A DNA stretch of 63,508 bases, counting the filler, from Globobulimina sp. (lineage: Eukaryota), in NCBI GenBank assembly GCA_003354225.1. It is 25 parts of 25 records of this genome, joined end to end, with 100 filler letters (N's around TTAATTAATTAA, not from the genome) between each part and the next. Parts side by side here need not be neighbours in the genome. Positions count along the whole stretch, not along the records: positions 1 to 2,447 come from PIVH01006646.1; positions 2,548 to 4,993 come from PIVH01006647.1; positions 5,094 to 7,539 come from PIVH01006648.1; positions 7,640 to 10,085 come from PIVH01006649.1; positions 10,186 to 12,631 come from PIVH01006650.1; 20 more parts are not named here. The stretch is one strand, 5' to 3'. Below, one piece after another: positions 1-11,524 of this stretch (position 1 is the first letter of the stretch; each line of letters opens with the position of its first letter). The notes beneath the pieces were generated by a model that saw only the letters and a list, made by a program, of their open reading frames with translations, was not told where the DNA came from and searched no databases. A program made the translations under genes and the position numbers.

Positions 1-180
1 TTTGTTTGTGTTTTTGATGCAGAATGCATTGTTAATGATGGCATAGTAGAAAATAATTAATTATATACACAATTGCGACTTGTGTACAATATCTTGATTA
101 TGAGTTACAAATTTAATATATTTCTTGATTCTGAACAATTCTGAGTTTTACTGACGCATTATCAACAATATTAAAAGTAG

Positions 181-2317
181 CCAAAATTCACAAAAACTTT
201 AGAAGCTCAATCTGATGATACAGATGCAAGTCCGATTGCAGACTCACTTAAAAAAGATAACCCTTATACTTTGTACCATTATGACGGTTCACGTTTCTTT
301 GAAACGCAATGGAAATATTCGGTAAGCGTGATGGAGTTTATCTGAATTTGTTGTTAAGGTTTTCTTGAAGTGCTTCCTTTGATAGTTGCGTGCACAGTAC
401 ATAAACCTAATGAGTCATAGCAAATCACATCGTGTCGATGGCAAAGTGCAACCTTTACCTATTAATATTGCAGTTGAAATTAAAGAGATTTTACGACGGA
501 AAGCACATTTAAAATGGTATAAAGACAAAAACAAAAAATGGTATATTGTTCATTCTCAGCCGATGCAATCAAAAATCCACAAACCAGAGATTATATTGCC
601 AACGACTTGCGAAAAAATGTTTGTCCGACACAATCAATTAAATACATTGAGGAAAGGAGCAAATGATATGGTATTAAATGAAGTAATTAATACAATTGAT
701 ACGTTATATCAGTCATTGTATAACGATAAGAAAAGAAAAATAATAAATTATTTAAAAAATGAATTAGAAAAACAAAAAAACAAAGTTAAAGATTGCAAAT
801 TAGCACACACAAAAAATTTAAGATCGAAAATGGCGGAAAACGAGAAAAAATATGAGATTTTGAAGGAAGAATTAAAAAATAAAAATAATGAATTAAAAAA
901 GAAGAATAATGAATTAAAGAGAGATTATGAGAGTGTAAACAAACGATATAATGATTTAAAATTAAAATTTCAGCTTAAAACAACCCCCGGCGGAGAGCAA
1001 AGAAATGATGAAACTACAAAATATATTGAAATATTACATGAAGAAATCAAAACATTGAAGCAAGAAAAGAGTAAACTTAATGAAATTGCCAAAACCAAAG
1101 ATATTCGACATGCTCGAACCAAAACAGAATTAGATATTGAGAGACGACATGGACACGGCTGGATGAATGCGGCTGGCAATAAAAATATAAATGAGGTTGC
1201 AATGGATATTAATCAATTTGAAGAATTATCCGATTATGCTCCAGATTGGGATGAGCAGAATGAAGACCAAAACGACGTGAAAGAAGAGAAAAATACGAGT
1301 ATGGATAAGTTATATGCTATTGATTCGATATCAGAATCAAAAAGTATGTCTGCAATGTCTTCGTTGAATGAGTTTGGACATAAATATTCAACAAAGAATT
1401 TAAATAAATGTAACAAACAACAACTTATTGATATGGTGCTTTCGTTGTATGTTTCAAATGAAAACTTTAAACAAGAATTACGAGAAAATATATTAGGCGT
1501 TGGCTGTGAAAATACGTTTTTAAATATCGATGAGATTTTAACTAAATACGTTACGCTAAGAACACAGACTCATAATAATTTGCATAATAATTTATTAGAT
1601 GCTTTAGAAGAGAAATATGATGGAGATGTTAGTGATGATGTTTTAGAAAAACAAAGTTATAATGTTTTATTTCACATTTTATATTTGTCAAATTCCAAAA
1701 TATCATTGGAATTCAATAATTTATATGCGAAAATAGCAAAAATTATTAACGTTTATAAAGAAAAGAAGTCAATTCAATTAATATCAAACGTGTTACATTC
1801 CACATTGCAAACACATTATAAGTTATTAACGCATTCGGATCCAATAATGGATGAAGAGAAAGATGGAGATCTCGATTCAATGGCAACTTTTGATTTAAAT
1901 ACAATATCAAAAACAATTTATGATGAATTATTAATGGAATTTTCAGATTTGGACAAAATGTTAAATTCTGAACAAGGTGATATTAGAAATTATATTAAAT
2001 GTTGTTTAGAAATGGTAGTTATTATCCAATTAAATAAACCAAAACTCCATTTTGTGGATTTAAACGATTTTATTAATCAAACGTCTGAAAAATTTGATGA
2101 TAATAAACATGAAGAATGTAGTTATGATTATGATGAATATAACCAAAGCCAATTAAATTTAGCAGATTCAAAACAACCAAAATATATTCAATATTATTGT
2201 TTTCCTGGACTATGCATTGAAAATAATATTAATATTAAAGGAGATAAGAAAAAGAAAAAAAAGAAAAAAGGGAAAAATAAATATGTCATTATTTGTAAAG
2301 CACAAGTTGTGTGTTAA
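181..2317 (+). CDS. Coiled-coil protein with C-terminal MIEAP/GIL1-IRKI-like domain (5' partial, intron 322-385)
   Basis: 643-aa ORF plus upstream in-frame exon 181-321 joined by a GTAAG..TAG intron. Long K/E/N heptad region; C-terminal pattern YIKCCLEMVVIIQLNKP..FD..H..YYCFPGL..CKAQVVC resembles MIEAP C-terminal domains. Confidence 0.6.
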
Positions 2318-2447
2318 AAATACTTAAAATGTTATGTGTTAAAACTTATTTTAGTGTGTAATATTTGCGCAAACCCAACACAAACCCATGTACGCAATCT
2401 TCGGCCAGAAGCACTCAAATATATATTCCAAAAGATAAACCCCCCCC

Positions 2448-2547
2448 NNNNNNNNNNNNNNNNNNNNNNNNNNNNNNNNNNNNNNNNNNNNTTAATTAAT
2501 TAANNNNNNNNNNNNNNNNNNNNNNNNNNNNNNNNNNNNNNNNNNNN
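2448..2547. other. Artificial contig spacer (44 N + TTAATTAATTAA + 44 N), first of 24
   Basis: Identical 100-bp spacer also starts at 4994, 7540, 10086, 12632, 15178, 17724, 20270, 22816, 25362, 27907, 30452, 32996, 35540, 38084, 40628, 43171, 45714, 48257, 50799, 53341, 55883, 58425 and 60967. The linker has stops in all six frames, and contig lengths fall from 2447 to 2442 bp. Confidence 0.98.
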
Positions 2548-2710
2548 TAATTATACATGATCATACATGATCATACAGTGATCATAAAATCATAAAATCA
2601 TAAATTCGATAATGTAGGATCACATTTTGCCTGGGAAAGGTCGCCCAGACTTCCGTAGTCATACATTATGATCATTTGTATGATTCTTCCTCTTATAGGA
2701 GTTACCACTG

Positions 2711-2890
2711 TAGGATATATTAGGACAGGTTAGAATAGGTTAGGACGGATTAAGACAGGATAGGGTTTATGTTAGATTAGATTAGAATATGATAGGTTAG
2801 AACAGGTTAGGATAGATTGGAAAGGTAGGACATGTTTGGACAAGTTATGACAGGTTAGGATAGATTAGTATGGATTAAGACAGATAGAGT
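2711..2890 (+). repeat. Degenerate 5/10-bp satellite (about AGGTTAGGAY)
   Basis: taggacaggttagaataggttaggacggattaagacaggatagg... periodicity visible over about 180 bp. Confidence 0.8.
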
Positions 2891-3072
2891 AACTCTTTTC
2901 AACAAAAACGTAATCAATTACTACTACTATAACATCTTTTTAATAAAACCACTGTTTAAAAGTCAATTACAGGTACCCCTAGTATGTATATATATGATCA
3001 AAATTTCTATGTACAGATATATGTAGTCATGTGATCATATATAGATATGATCAAAACTCTATGTACATATAT

Positions 3073-4046
3073 ATGTCAACCAATTCATTAAAGCATGGTA
3101 TTGATTCGACAATTAAGAAAGTTGAACATAAAATTACTACCTGAGATGATGTTATTGATAGTAATCCCAATATCCGCTCAACCGAATATGTGTATACACA
3201 AAACGAAGCTCCTTTTGGCATTCATCAAATTGAAAATGGTATTTTTGGTGAGTTAAAAAAGGAAATTGAGGAAGCAACACTTCCGATGGGGCAACTCAAA
3301 GAAGAAACGACTAAAAGATATATTTTTGATACATTTAGTTGTGATATAATGTTTGATAAATTTGGTTTCGTGAAAAGAATTAAGTTTTATTTTTGTGGTG
3401 GTTACACCTATGGTTCAGCAACTGCACAAGGTTTACATGCCTCCAATTTACATGCAGTTATATTAAAATGGTTACCTAAAGTGAGAAATATTATATCAAA
3501 ATATTATGGTGATGATTTATCAAATCATAAGTGCAAATTAATTTTTATAATAAAACAAACAAACCAAGGTTGACAAAAAAACAGTTTAAAAAGTTAAGTA
3601 ATAAACAGAAAAAAGATGCTACAGACAGACAGGAACTATCACATCCACGAAAAAAAAGAAGGCTTAACAATGGTGAAGCAATGGATATAATTCCAAAAGG
3701 TGTAATTGGAATTGCCGCACATAATGATAATGCAGTGAATCCAAGCACTAAAGAATTAATAAAAGATGAATTACATTTTAAAGAGCCTTTCTATATGATA
3801 CATTTAGGGAAACCAGCAAAGATCCGTTTCAGTAATTACAGATGGGCTGAATCTTTCGATGAATCATTAGCATTTGATTTAAAAGATTGCACCATTACAA
3901 AAGTATATTCCTTTGCATTTTGGAATTATATGCATACGGTTCTTTCTACTGATATAGCTGATGACAAAATTTGTATTATTATTCGAGCTGTCCATGACCA
4001 TGTTCAAGATAAATTGAAGTGTTCTCATGAATGTAATAACATTTAA
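3073..4046 (+). pseudogene. ALKBH5: ALKBH5-like Fe(II)/2OG dioxygenase with in-frame TGA (3142-3144) and 1-nt frameshift (about 3530)
   Basis: GIHQI, RIKFYFCGGYTYG (ALKBH5: RNKYFFGEGYTYG), QINFY, GIAAHND (HxD), YMHTV (distal His) and KICIIIR (ALKBH5: RAVIILR) occur in correct order across ORFs 3190-3573 and 3531-4046. Confidence 0.75.
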
Positions 4047-4047
4047 A

Positions 4048-4865
4048 AACATGTAATAGGGGGCAACAGAGTTGCATTTTGGGGCGATAGACCCAGAGGC
4101 AAGATAGTCACAGAGGCAAGAGCCCAGGGTGCAAGAGGCACGATTACAAGATGAATGGTGATTTCATATTAAACGATATTTTTGAAAAAAATGGGAAAAA
4201 AAATCAAGAAAAAAAAATTTAGGAAAAATGTCTTAGTGAAAAATTTCTTAGTAAAAAATTTCTTAGTGAAAAACTTCTTAGTGAAAAACTTTTTAGTGAA
4301 AAATTTCTTAGTAAAAATTTCTTAGTTAAAAACTTTCTTAGTGAAAAACTTCTTTAATGAATAGTAAAAAAAAAAGTAACAAACTTTATTTTTTTAAAAA
4401 AAGTAGTATATAGTACTAGTACTTTATTTTCTTCTTTTATTTTTTTTTATTTTTTTAAAAAAAGTAGTATATAGTACTAGTACTACTACTATATTCATCA
4501 AAATTGAAATTAACATCGAATAAGGGTCTATCGCCCCAATTATCTCGCAATTCCGTAGATTAGAATACCGCAAAACCGCAGTACTAAATATTATAATTAT
4601 GCACATGTCATTGAGACGGTTATTTCATTTATTTGTAGCATCATTACGTATATTATTTATATATTTTTTAGGTATTAGGCAGCTGTTATCTATGGCCTTC
4701 GTAAATTAGTTATGGCAGTTATTTTATTTATGACATTATATATTTTTCTGCAATTTCGCAATTTAGACTCTTGCACCCTGGGCTCTTGCCTCTGTGTCTA
4801 TCCTGACTCTGGGTCTATCGTCTATCGCCCCAAAATGCAACTCTGTTGCCCCACTATTACATGTT
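4048..4865. mobile_element. Non-autonomous TIR element (MITE-like, about 820 bp) with about 90-bp inverted repeats
   Basis: 4048-4137 (aacatgtaatagggggcaacagagttgcattttggggcgatagaccc...cagggtgcaagag) is the near-perfect reverse complement of 4768-4865. AT-rich non-coding interior with tandem repeats and an internal TIR sub-motif near 4524. Confidence 0.8.
4224..4355 (+). repeat. About 15-bp tandem repeat (aaaaaYttcttagtg) inside the TIR element
   Basis: About 8 copies read directly; a separate 35-bp direct repeat lies at about 4389-4423 and 4450-4485. Confidence 0.8.
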
Positions 4866-5224
4866 ATACTAAAGAAATAATCTAATAAATACATATTCAA
4901 AATGCAATTTCATTGATATTGAAAAAGAAATTATAAAAGAGATCGAAACGAGGGAATGGAATAAAAGAGGTTTTAAAAATGAAATAGATGTTTNNNNNNN
5001 NNNNNNNNNNNNNNNNNNNNNNNNNNNNNNNNNNNNNTTAATTAATTAANNNNNNNNNNNNNNNNNNNNNNNNNNNNNNNNNNNNNNNNNNNNCCTTCTT
5101 TAACTAAACCATTCTTATTTAAAAATTTTGCTAAGGCGACACGATAAAGTGGTATTAACTGGCCATTTGAAAATATGCCTGCCGTCCGTTATCATGCCTT
5201 CCTTGCCTGGATTCTGGGAGTTGA

Positions 5225-5896
5225 GTGTGCGATTGTGATGAAATTCGGCATTGCACCGCTCAACGGATTTTTTGTTGCAATTGCCGCATACTCACTTTTG
5301 CACTTTACCTCCAATGCGGTAAAATCAGAGGTAAACAGTTTGAAATAAATTACTTTGATTGGAATATCCATCAAGCACTGGAATGGATTTTGTCCATTGA
5401 AAATTTCTATTTTTCAGCTGACAAATTTAATCATTTTACGCAAACGCTCAAAACGCATCAGTTTATAGGCAAAAATTTAAAAGAATTGCGATCAAATTTT
5501 GCTTTAAATGTGATGGGATTAAAAGAGAGCAATGACCAACAAATATTAATTAAAAACATCAATCGAATTATTAATAAATCATCCAATAATAATCATAGCC
5601 ATAAAACCAATAATAAGCACAGTTGTGTTCCACCACCAAATTATAGGAAACGCAAATCATTAAAAACTGTGAAATTGCCAGCAATATTTGATAGGATGGG
5701 CTCCAGTGCCAGCTGTTCATCAGCAAACGGCAATTTGTGTTGCATTTGCGCCGAGAATGAAATAAATACAGTGATTGTACCATGTGGCCATATGGTATAT
5801 TGTTCAAAATGTAGCAAGACCTTAACCATTAAGTCTTGTCCAACCTGCAGGGGTCAAAATGTCTCCATTATGGTCACATATAAGTCCGGCTTATGA
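5225..5896 (+). CDS. SAM-domain + C-terminal C3HC4 RING protein (putative E3 ligase; start uncertain)
   Basis: SAM-like YFDWNIHQALEWI..FIGKNL..MGL; RING CCICAENEINTVIVPCGHMVYCSKC..CPTCR. Confidence 0.8.
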   Translation: MCDCDEIRHCTAQRIFCCNCRILTFALYLQCGKIRGKQFEINYFDWNIHQALEWILSIENFYFSADKFNHFTQTLKTHQFIGKNLKELRSNFALNVMGLKESNDQQILIKNINRIINKSSNNNHSHKTNNKHSCVPPPNYRKRKSLKTVKLPAIFDRMGSSASCSSANGNLCCICAENEINTVIVPCGHMVYCSKCSKTLTIKSCPTCRGQNVSIMVTYKSGL

Positions 5897-6215
5897 ATGT
5901 ATCATTTATTATTTTTTTGAATTATTATTGGTTTTTCGATACGGTTTCACTTTTTTTTGTTGTGGTAATGTATTGTTTTTTTGCTTCTTTCGTTTATATT
6001 TTTATAAACATTTTTCGTTTTTTTTTGTATGTGATTTTGTAGAATCAAAACGCACCTCAAATATCATAGATTCATTATGACATTGTACATTGCATCAAAT
6101 AAGCGATTGATTCGATGGAATATAAACCAATGATATTTGGGGTGCGTTTGGTCACAGCCGACATTAATTTTCAAATTCTTTATAGTGGGAAGTAGGTTTT
6201 TTGTACGCAAATTGC

Positions 6216-7539
6216 ATGTCAAGTCAGCAAGCTAAGCCAAAGACAGTGAAGCTGTCAGAAGGAAATTACCGTGGGGAATTAGACACATTATATCGGTGGC
6301 TTGGCGGTACATCATCACAAATAGAGCATACACTATCAGAGCTCGAAGACAAAAAATGGATTTGTGTTTGCAAATTAGAAATGCCAAATAATAACATTGT
6401 GTTAGAAACACATTGTACACGCGCCAAGAAAAAAGGTGCAATGAAATATGCATCAAAACTGATGATAAAAGAGATATTAAGGCAACCATTACCAATAACA
6501 CTTCTTGTTATCAATGAGGATGGAACAGTCACAACAATACAGCCACAGCAAATAAACAACAATGAATCTAAATTGCACTTGGGTCCAATATACGAATTCG
6601 ATGAAACTAAGGAGGTATTACCACCAAAACCGTCACATATTCCATCATTTATTTCAACTCCTTTCCGTATTGCCTGTCTTGGAAAGGATATGTCTGATAC
6701 AAATATGCCACACTGTTATGCTGCTGCAACAAATGATAAATATGTATCTTGTTTTATATATCATATTAAATATGCATCCGATCCATATAACAGCCCGAAT
6801 GGGGTTATTTTACCAATGAAAATTGATGATAATGATTTAAAGAGCATCAAATTCTCAGTATGTGCTGCATGTGTTTATTTTAACTTGTTTGTCACATAAA
6901 AAATATATACAAACTCCAATAAGGTACAAATCAGAAAAGATGAAGAGAAGCAATTAAATCAGTTAATCACTGAGTGGGTGGAGGACGAAAAGAAATTAGC
7001 AGATATTCAGCAATTTGATGAAAAATATCTTCATGACACGCAAATATCGCTGCATTCGATCAAAGCAAAAGGTGATAAGTATGAACATAAATTGAAAGAA
7101 CACTTTTTTGATGTCATTAAACATTGCGATAAATTTATGTTTCGAACGTTGGACCAAAGATCTTCAAAAAACCCTTTGTGTGAAAATAAACATATTGCAC
7201 AAAAAAGATATTATTATATTTGTCCATTAAAAAAAGGTTTTGCTGACAATATTGAAATTGACTATGATTTTATTGATAGAATATATTTGGGTTCGGGAGC
7301 TCTGTTAAATAAAAGATTAAATGCAAAAGAATTTAGAAAGAAATTAACCGCACCATGCAGTTTGAAAAGGGAAATTGTTGAAATACAAAATCCAAAAAAG
7401 AAAAATAAACAAACACAAATTGCTAATTCATATGGTGTTGACAAAAGGAAATTTGACCAAATTCGAGCAAACAGAAACGATAACATTGATGATAAACATA
7501 ACGAGATGGACGATACAGAGACAGTAGTGTCAATTGCCT
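6216..7539 (+). CDS. Dicer-like protein N-terminal part (dsRBD/DUF283-like + platform), 3' truncated; intron 6858-6923
   Basis: dsRBD-fold pattern WICVCKL..TRAKKKGAMKYASKLMIKEI, then HIPSFI, SCFIYHI, NGVILP and YYYICPLK..IEIDYDFIDRI (human Dicer platform: YCVLPLN..DIDFKFMEDI). Phase-0 GTATGT..AAG intron joins the two ORFs. Confidence 0.55.
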
Positions 7540-7651
7540 NNNNNNNNNNNNNNNNNNNNNNNNNNNNNNNNNNNNNNNNNNNNTTAATTAATTAANNNNN
7601 NNNNNNNNNNNNNNNNNNNNNNNNNNNNNNNNNNNNNNNTCAGCTTTTTGC

Positions 7652-9362
7652 ATGGCGAATTATATGGAAGCTGAAGGCCAAACAAGCGGCTCAAATGAAG
7701 ATGGCACAACAAAATGGTTGAAACAAAACAGATTAGGCCATTTAGCACAGAAATTTGAAGAATTAAACATTGAGATTGAGGAATTGGTTGATTTTGCAAA
7801 AGAAAAGGGATTGAATGAGTTTTTAGAGACATTGGTAGAGGAAGAAACCATCAATAAATCGGATAAAATGAGGATTACTTCAAAAATAAGAAAAATGCTG
7901 AAATCAAATGATAATACAAATAAAGCAAAGGTTGTTCGGATTGTATTGAGTGCCGAGGAGGAGACAGCGATAAATAATATGCAGCAAAGACAGCAGCAAA
8001 TCACTGAAAAAATGCAGACAGCAACAAAGAGTATGGATATTTTAAGCAAATTAGGCGCAAAGAATGAGAATGAGCTGAATGTATTTCGTAAAGCTTTAAT
8101 AAAGGCCGTGGAGCAAAGGATGGATGTTTTAGTTTGTAAATCAAATCAAGAAATTAATAAAAAGAAGCAAATAATCTCAGCTCATGTGCAGAAATTGAAA
8201 ATGTACAAGAAATGTTTAAGCGCAGCAGAGGTGGCAGCCGATGCATTGTTAAATGATGCAAATGCAAATAAAGTAAAACGGAAAAGCAAAATTATTAATA
8301 TATCTGAAGGAGTGTTGCAGCAAAATATGAGAGACTTAGAGGTTGCCGTTGCCATTAAAGTGACGGTGGAGATGGACACAAAGAAAGCCATACAGTTTGT
8401 GAATGGCATTGGCAATGTTCATAGTTATGATTTTGCAGTGAGACCGGTGCCAATTATTTGTGTTAAAAATATTGAATCCACCTCAGCCACAGTTTAGTTT
8501 TAAAGCAATTGCATTTGTATTTATATTTATATGTTGTGTGGTGCTACAGATCGTGTTTACGAATATGAAGAAGAAAGAATATGAGTGTACAGTGCAAATA
8601 TGTGGTGATTATAAAAGGGATATCGATGAGAATGAGAATGAGAATGAGGATGAAAAGAAAATGGATAATGTCTGGAAACAAGTTTGTTGCGTAAAGAATA
8701 AAAATGAGTATGATGTGACCGGTTTGGAAGGCGATATTTGTTATGGAATACGTGCAAAATATAAGAGTCAATATGGAGTTGGTATGCTTTGTAAGGCCGT
8801 CACCTTTAAAACAAGTTCATTTGCCATTCCATCATCGATATTGACAAAAGCAGAGACCTCGGTTTTATTGTCGTTGTTGGCAAAATCAGGCAAAGCAGCG
8901 AGTAAAGGATGGAGTTTGTTGTATAGAGGGAGCAGAGACGGCTTTTCATCGCAAATATTTCATAATAAATGTGATGGCAAAATGAAAACATTGAGTATAA
9001 TCTGTAGTGACAGCAATAATGTATTTGGTGGATATGCGTCTGTTGCATGGAAATCAAAAGCAGGTTATGGAAGTGATGAGGATGCGTTTTTGTTTCTGAT
9101 TCGATCGTCCAAAAATTATCCACCTCAAATATTTACTCAGCAAAGAGATGGTCTCAAACAATATGCTGTGTATAATAATCCAAGTTATATGTGTACATTT
9201 GGTGGAGGAGCTGATATTTATGTGTCTGGTGATTGTAATACAAACACAAATTCATATACACAGACACCTAGCACTTATTCAGAAATACCAGGAAACCATT
9301 ATTTGAATGGAAATCAACAGAAGTTCAAAGTGAGTGAAATTGAAGTGTTTTGTGCGAAATAA
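7652..9362 (+). CDS. SAM-like/coiled-coil/FN3/TLDc domain protein; intron 8492-8549
   Basis: TLDc motifs WSLLYRGSRDGF..FHNKCD..NVFGGY..AFLF..FGGG.DI..FKVSEIEVF; FN3-like YDVTGLE..YGIRAKY; phase-0 intron joins ORFs 7652 and 8460. Confidence 0.88.
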
Positions 9363-9639
9363 TTGATTTGTTTTAAGCAGCATTTGGTGCACCTTTTTAT
9401 ATGCATTGTAAATATGTATGGTTCTTTTCAAGTCATCGTTGAGACGCAAAAATCTGTTTTTAAACAGAAAAAATCAGTTTTTTCTGTTACGAATTTTGTA
9501 CATTTTGTGCGTGAACTCAAGCACTGAAAAACATCCTTTTGACGAATTATGACTGATGATGCAGCTGAAACCGGTATTTACGGCAAATCGGAAGTTGGCG
9601 GACGTGCAATTTATTGCTTTTAAACCTTATATTTCTAAC

Positions 9640-10085
9640 AATGGATTATGTGTCAATTGTAGCAAACATTGCAGTTTTGCTGGCAATTGCGATTTCAATG
9701 GAGGATGGTTTTGATTTCGATCCAATGATTCCTGATTTGGTTGAAACAGAAAATGTGATCAAACAAAATATCGGCTTATCATACAGATCGCTGCATAAAT
9801 CAACCAGCTCTCCATATTATTTTCTTCGTTGGTCATTGCGATTACAACAACCTAAATTAATGTCGATACCTGCACAAAACCAGCAATTTTTAGATTATCC
9901 GACCAGTGCCATAACTCCATCTGCGTTGAATCAACATCACGTCAATGGAACAATGATCAGAGAATTATTTGCCCCATTTTTAGCGCGCCAAAGTGAGCAA
10001 ACCAATGCGTTAAATGATTCAATAAAAATGTTCGAATATTCTGATGATGAATTATCATTTTTTGTGCTGGAATTTAAAAATGAAA
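9640..10085 (+). CDS. Hypothetical secreted protein (3' truncated)
   Basis: ATG followed by hydrophobic signal-like VSIVANIAVLLAIAIS; open to contig end. Confidence 0.5.
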
Positions 10086-10208
10086 NNNNNNNNNNNNNNN
10101 NNNNNNNNNNNNNNNNNNNNNNNNNNNNNTTAATTAATTAANNNNNNNNNNNNNNNNNNNNNNNNNNNNNNNNNNNNNNNNNNNNACAGTCAAATTTCAC
10201 AGTATTTT

Positions 10209-11312
10209 CTATTTATACGTCTGATAATCTTCTAACATCGGTTTAGAAATATCAATTTGAAATCTTTCCAAGGACTCACCTTCCATCAAATGGACAACTT
10301 GCTCAAAATATTCACCTTTAATTGCACCACCACCTTTCACCCCAATTCTATCCAAAAAATCGCCTTCTCGTTGATCCGATGGTATCGTATATTCAAATTT
10401 CGAAGTTGCCACATATATCGAATATTTATCTTCCACCGTCCTGAACGATGCAAATCGTTGATAATCTCCCATTATTTTCCACGAAGATGGCTCAAACCAC
10501 ACATTAAAAGTGCCACTAAATTGCCTGCCAATACTAGTCACCATATCAAGCTGCGTAGTTATTTTTTCATCCCATCCCCACGCTTTCGCAAGATTTGCAG
10601 TGTACGAATCAAATACTTCTTCATCCATATCCAAGCCGGCATAGCCTTTAGATTTCACAGAAAAGCCGCCAATCCCCGCTTCGTTTAATGAAGTACGTAC
10701 TTTCTGCATCGAGCCGGACCTATTTTCCTTCTGAACTGCAATTACATGCTCAAATGCCCTCTCATTGCTTTTGTATAATTTCATATTTACATCAGGCGGT
10801 CTGTCTGCTTTTGGAACAGCACCGCAAAACACCTCAATTAAACGCACACTGCCTTTATTTAAATCGCCTGGGTTTGTCATCAAATAAATCAAATCCGCTT
10901 CATCCACAAGGTCAACGGGGCTGTGTTCCCGACCCGGAGCGGCAGTGCTGATAAATTCGTAATATATCAGATCACAGTCAGCTACATCGATTTTTTTGTT
11001 TTTTACCAATTTCGCTGCGACTTGTTGGACATCTTCGAGTGGTCCCTCTGATGCGGCGCTGTGTACTTTTGTATCAAAATGGATAAATTTGGATCGTTTT
11101 CGTGTTTTGCTTTGGTATGTGATTAATAGTCTGGTTGGCGCACTGCAAGTCTCTTCACTCTCTTCTTCTGAATAAAATATTTTGTGGAATAAGTCCCATG
11201 CTACGATTCCTGGCTTCGCTAAGCTTTGAATGTCAGTGAGGGATATTGCGCGTGGCGTGGATATGTTGAAAATTAGGATGCAGATACACATCATAACACT
11301 GATAGATCTCAT
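10209..11312 (-). CDS. Secreted hypothetical protein: signal peptide, PB1-like segment, shared unknown C-terminal domain
   Basis: Start MRSISVMMCICILIF; VDLVDEADL resembles the PB1 acidic motif; C-terminal about 160 aa nearly identical to the neighbouring gene. Confidence 0.7.
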   Translation of the reverse strand: MRSISVMMCICILIFNISTPRAISLTDIQSLAKPGIVAWDLFHKIFYSEEESEETCSAPTRLLITYQSKTRKRSKFIHFDTKVHSAASEGPLEDVQQVAAKLVKNKKIDVADCDLIYYEFISTAAPGREHSPVDLVDEADLIYLMTNPGDLNKGSVRLIEVFCGAVPKADRPPDVNMKLYKSNERAFEHVIAVQKENRSGSMQKVRTSLNEAGIGGFSVKSKGYAGLDMDEEVFDSYTANLAKAWGWDEKITTQLDMVTSIGRQFSGTFNVWFEPSSWKIMGDYQRFASFRTVEDKYSIYVATSKFEYTIPSDQREGDFLDRIGVKGGGAIKGEYFEQVVHLMEGESLERFQIDISKPMLEDYQTYK

Positions 11313-11524
11313 CGTGGCGCAATGTGTGAGGTGAGAGTAGTTTTTTTTGTTTATTGAAAACCGTTTTTTTTTTAACTTCAACATTCATGTTTATACATGT
11401 ATTTATACGAAAACACACATTATACAACCGGTCTGATTCAATGTGTGCATTTGAATATTGTTACTTATATAAAAACAATCACACAGTTGGTACATATGTG
11501 AAGTCAAATTGCACGCATACGACA

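Noticed and set aside
2711-2890. True telomere
   Set aside because: The repeat is degenerate, internal to the contig and not a clean TTAGG or TTAGGG array.
3142-3144. Alternative genetic code with TGA as Trp
   Set aside because: TGA ends several intact genes here (5896, 18579, 34780) and conserved Trp residues use TGG.
5094-5340. Possible third chimeric junction upstream of the SAM-RING gene
   Set aside because: Composition looks slightly different, but no recognisable protein supports either origin.
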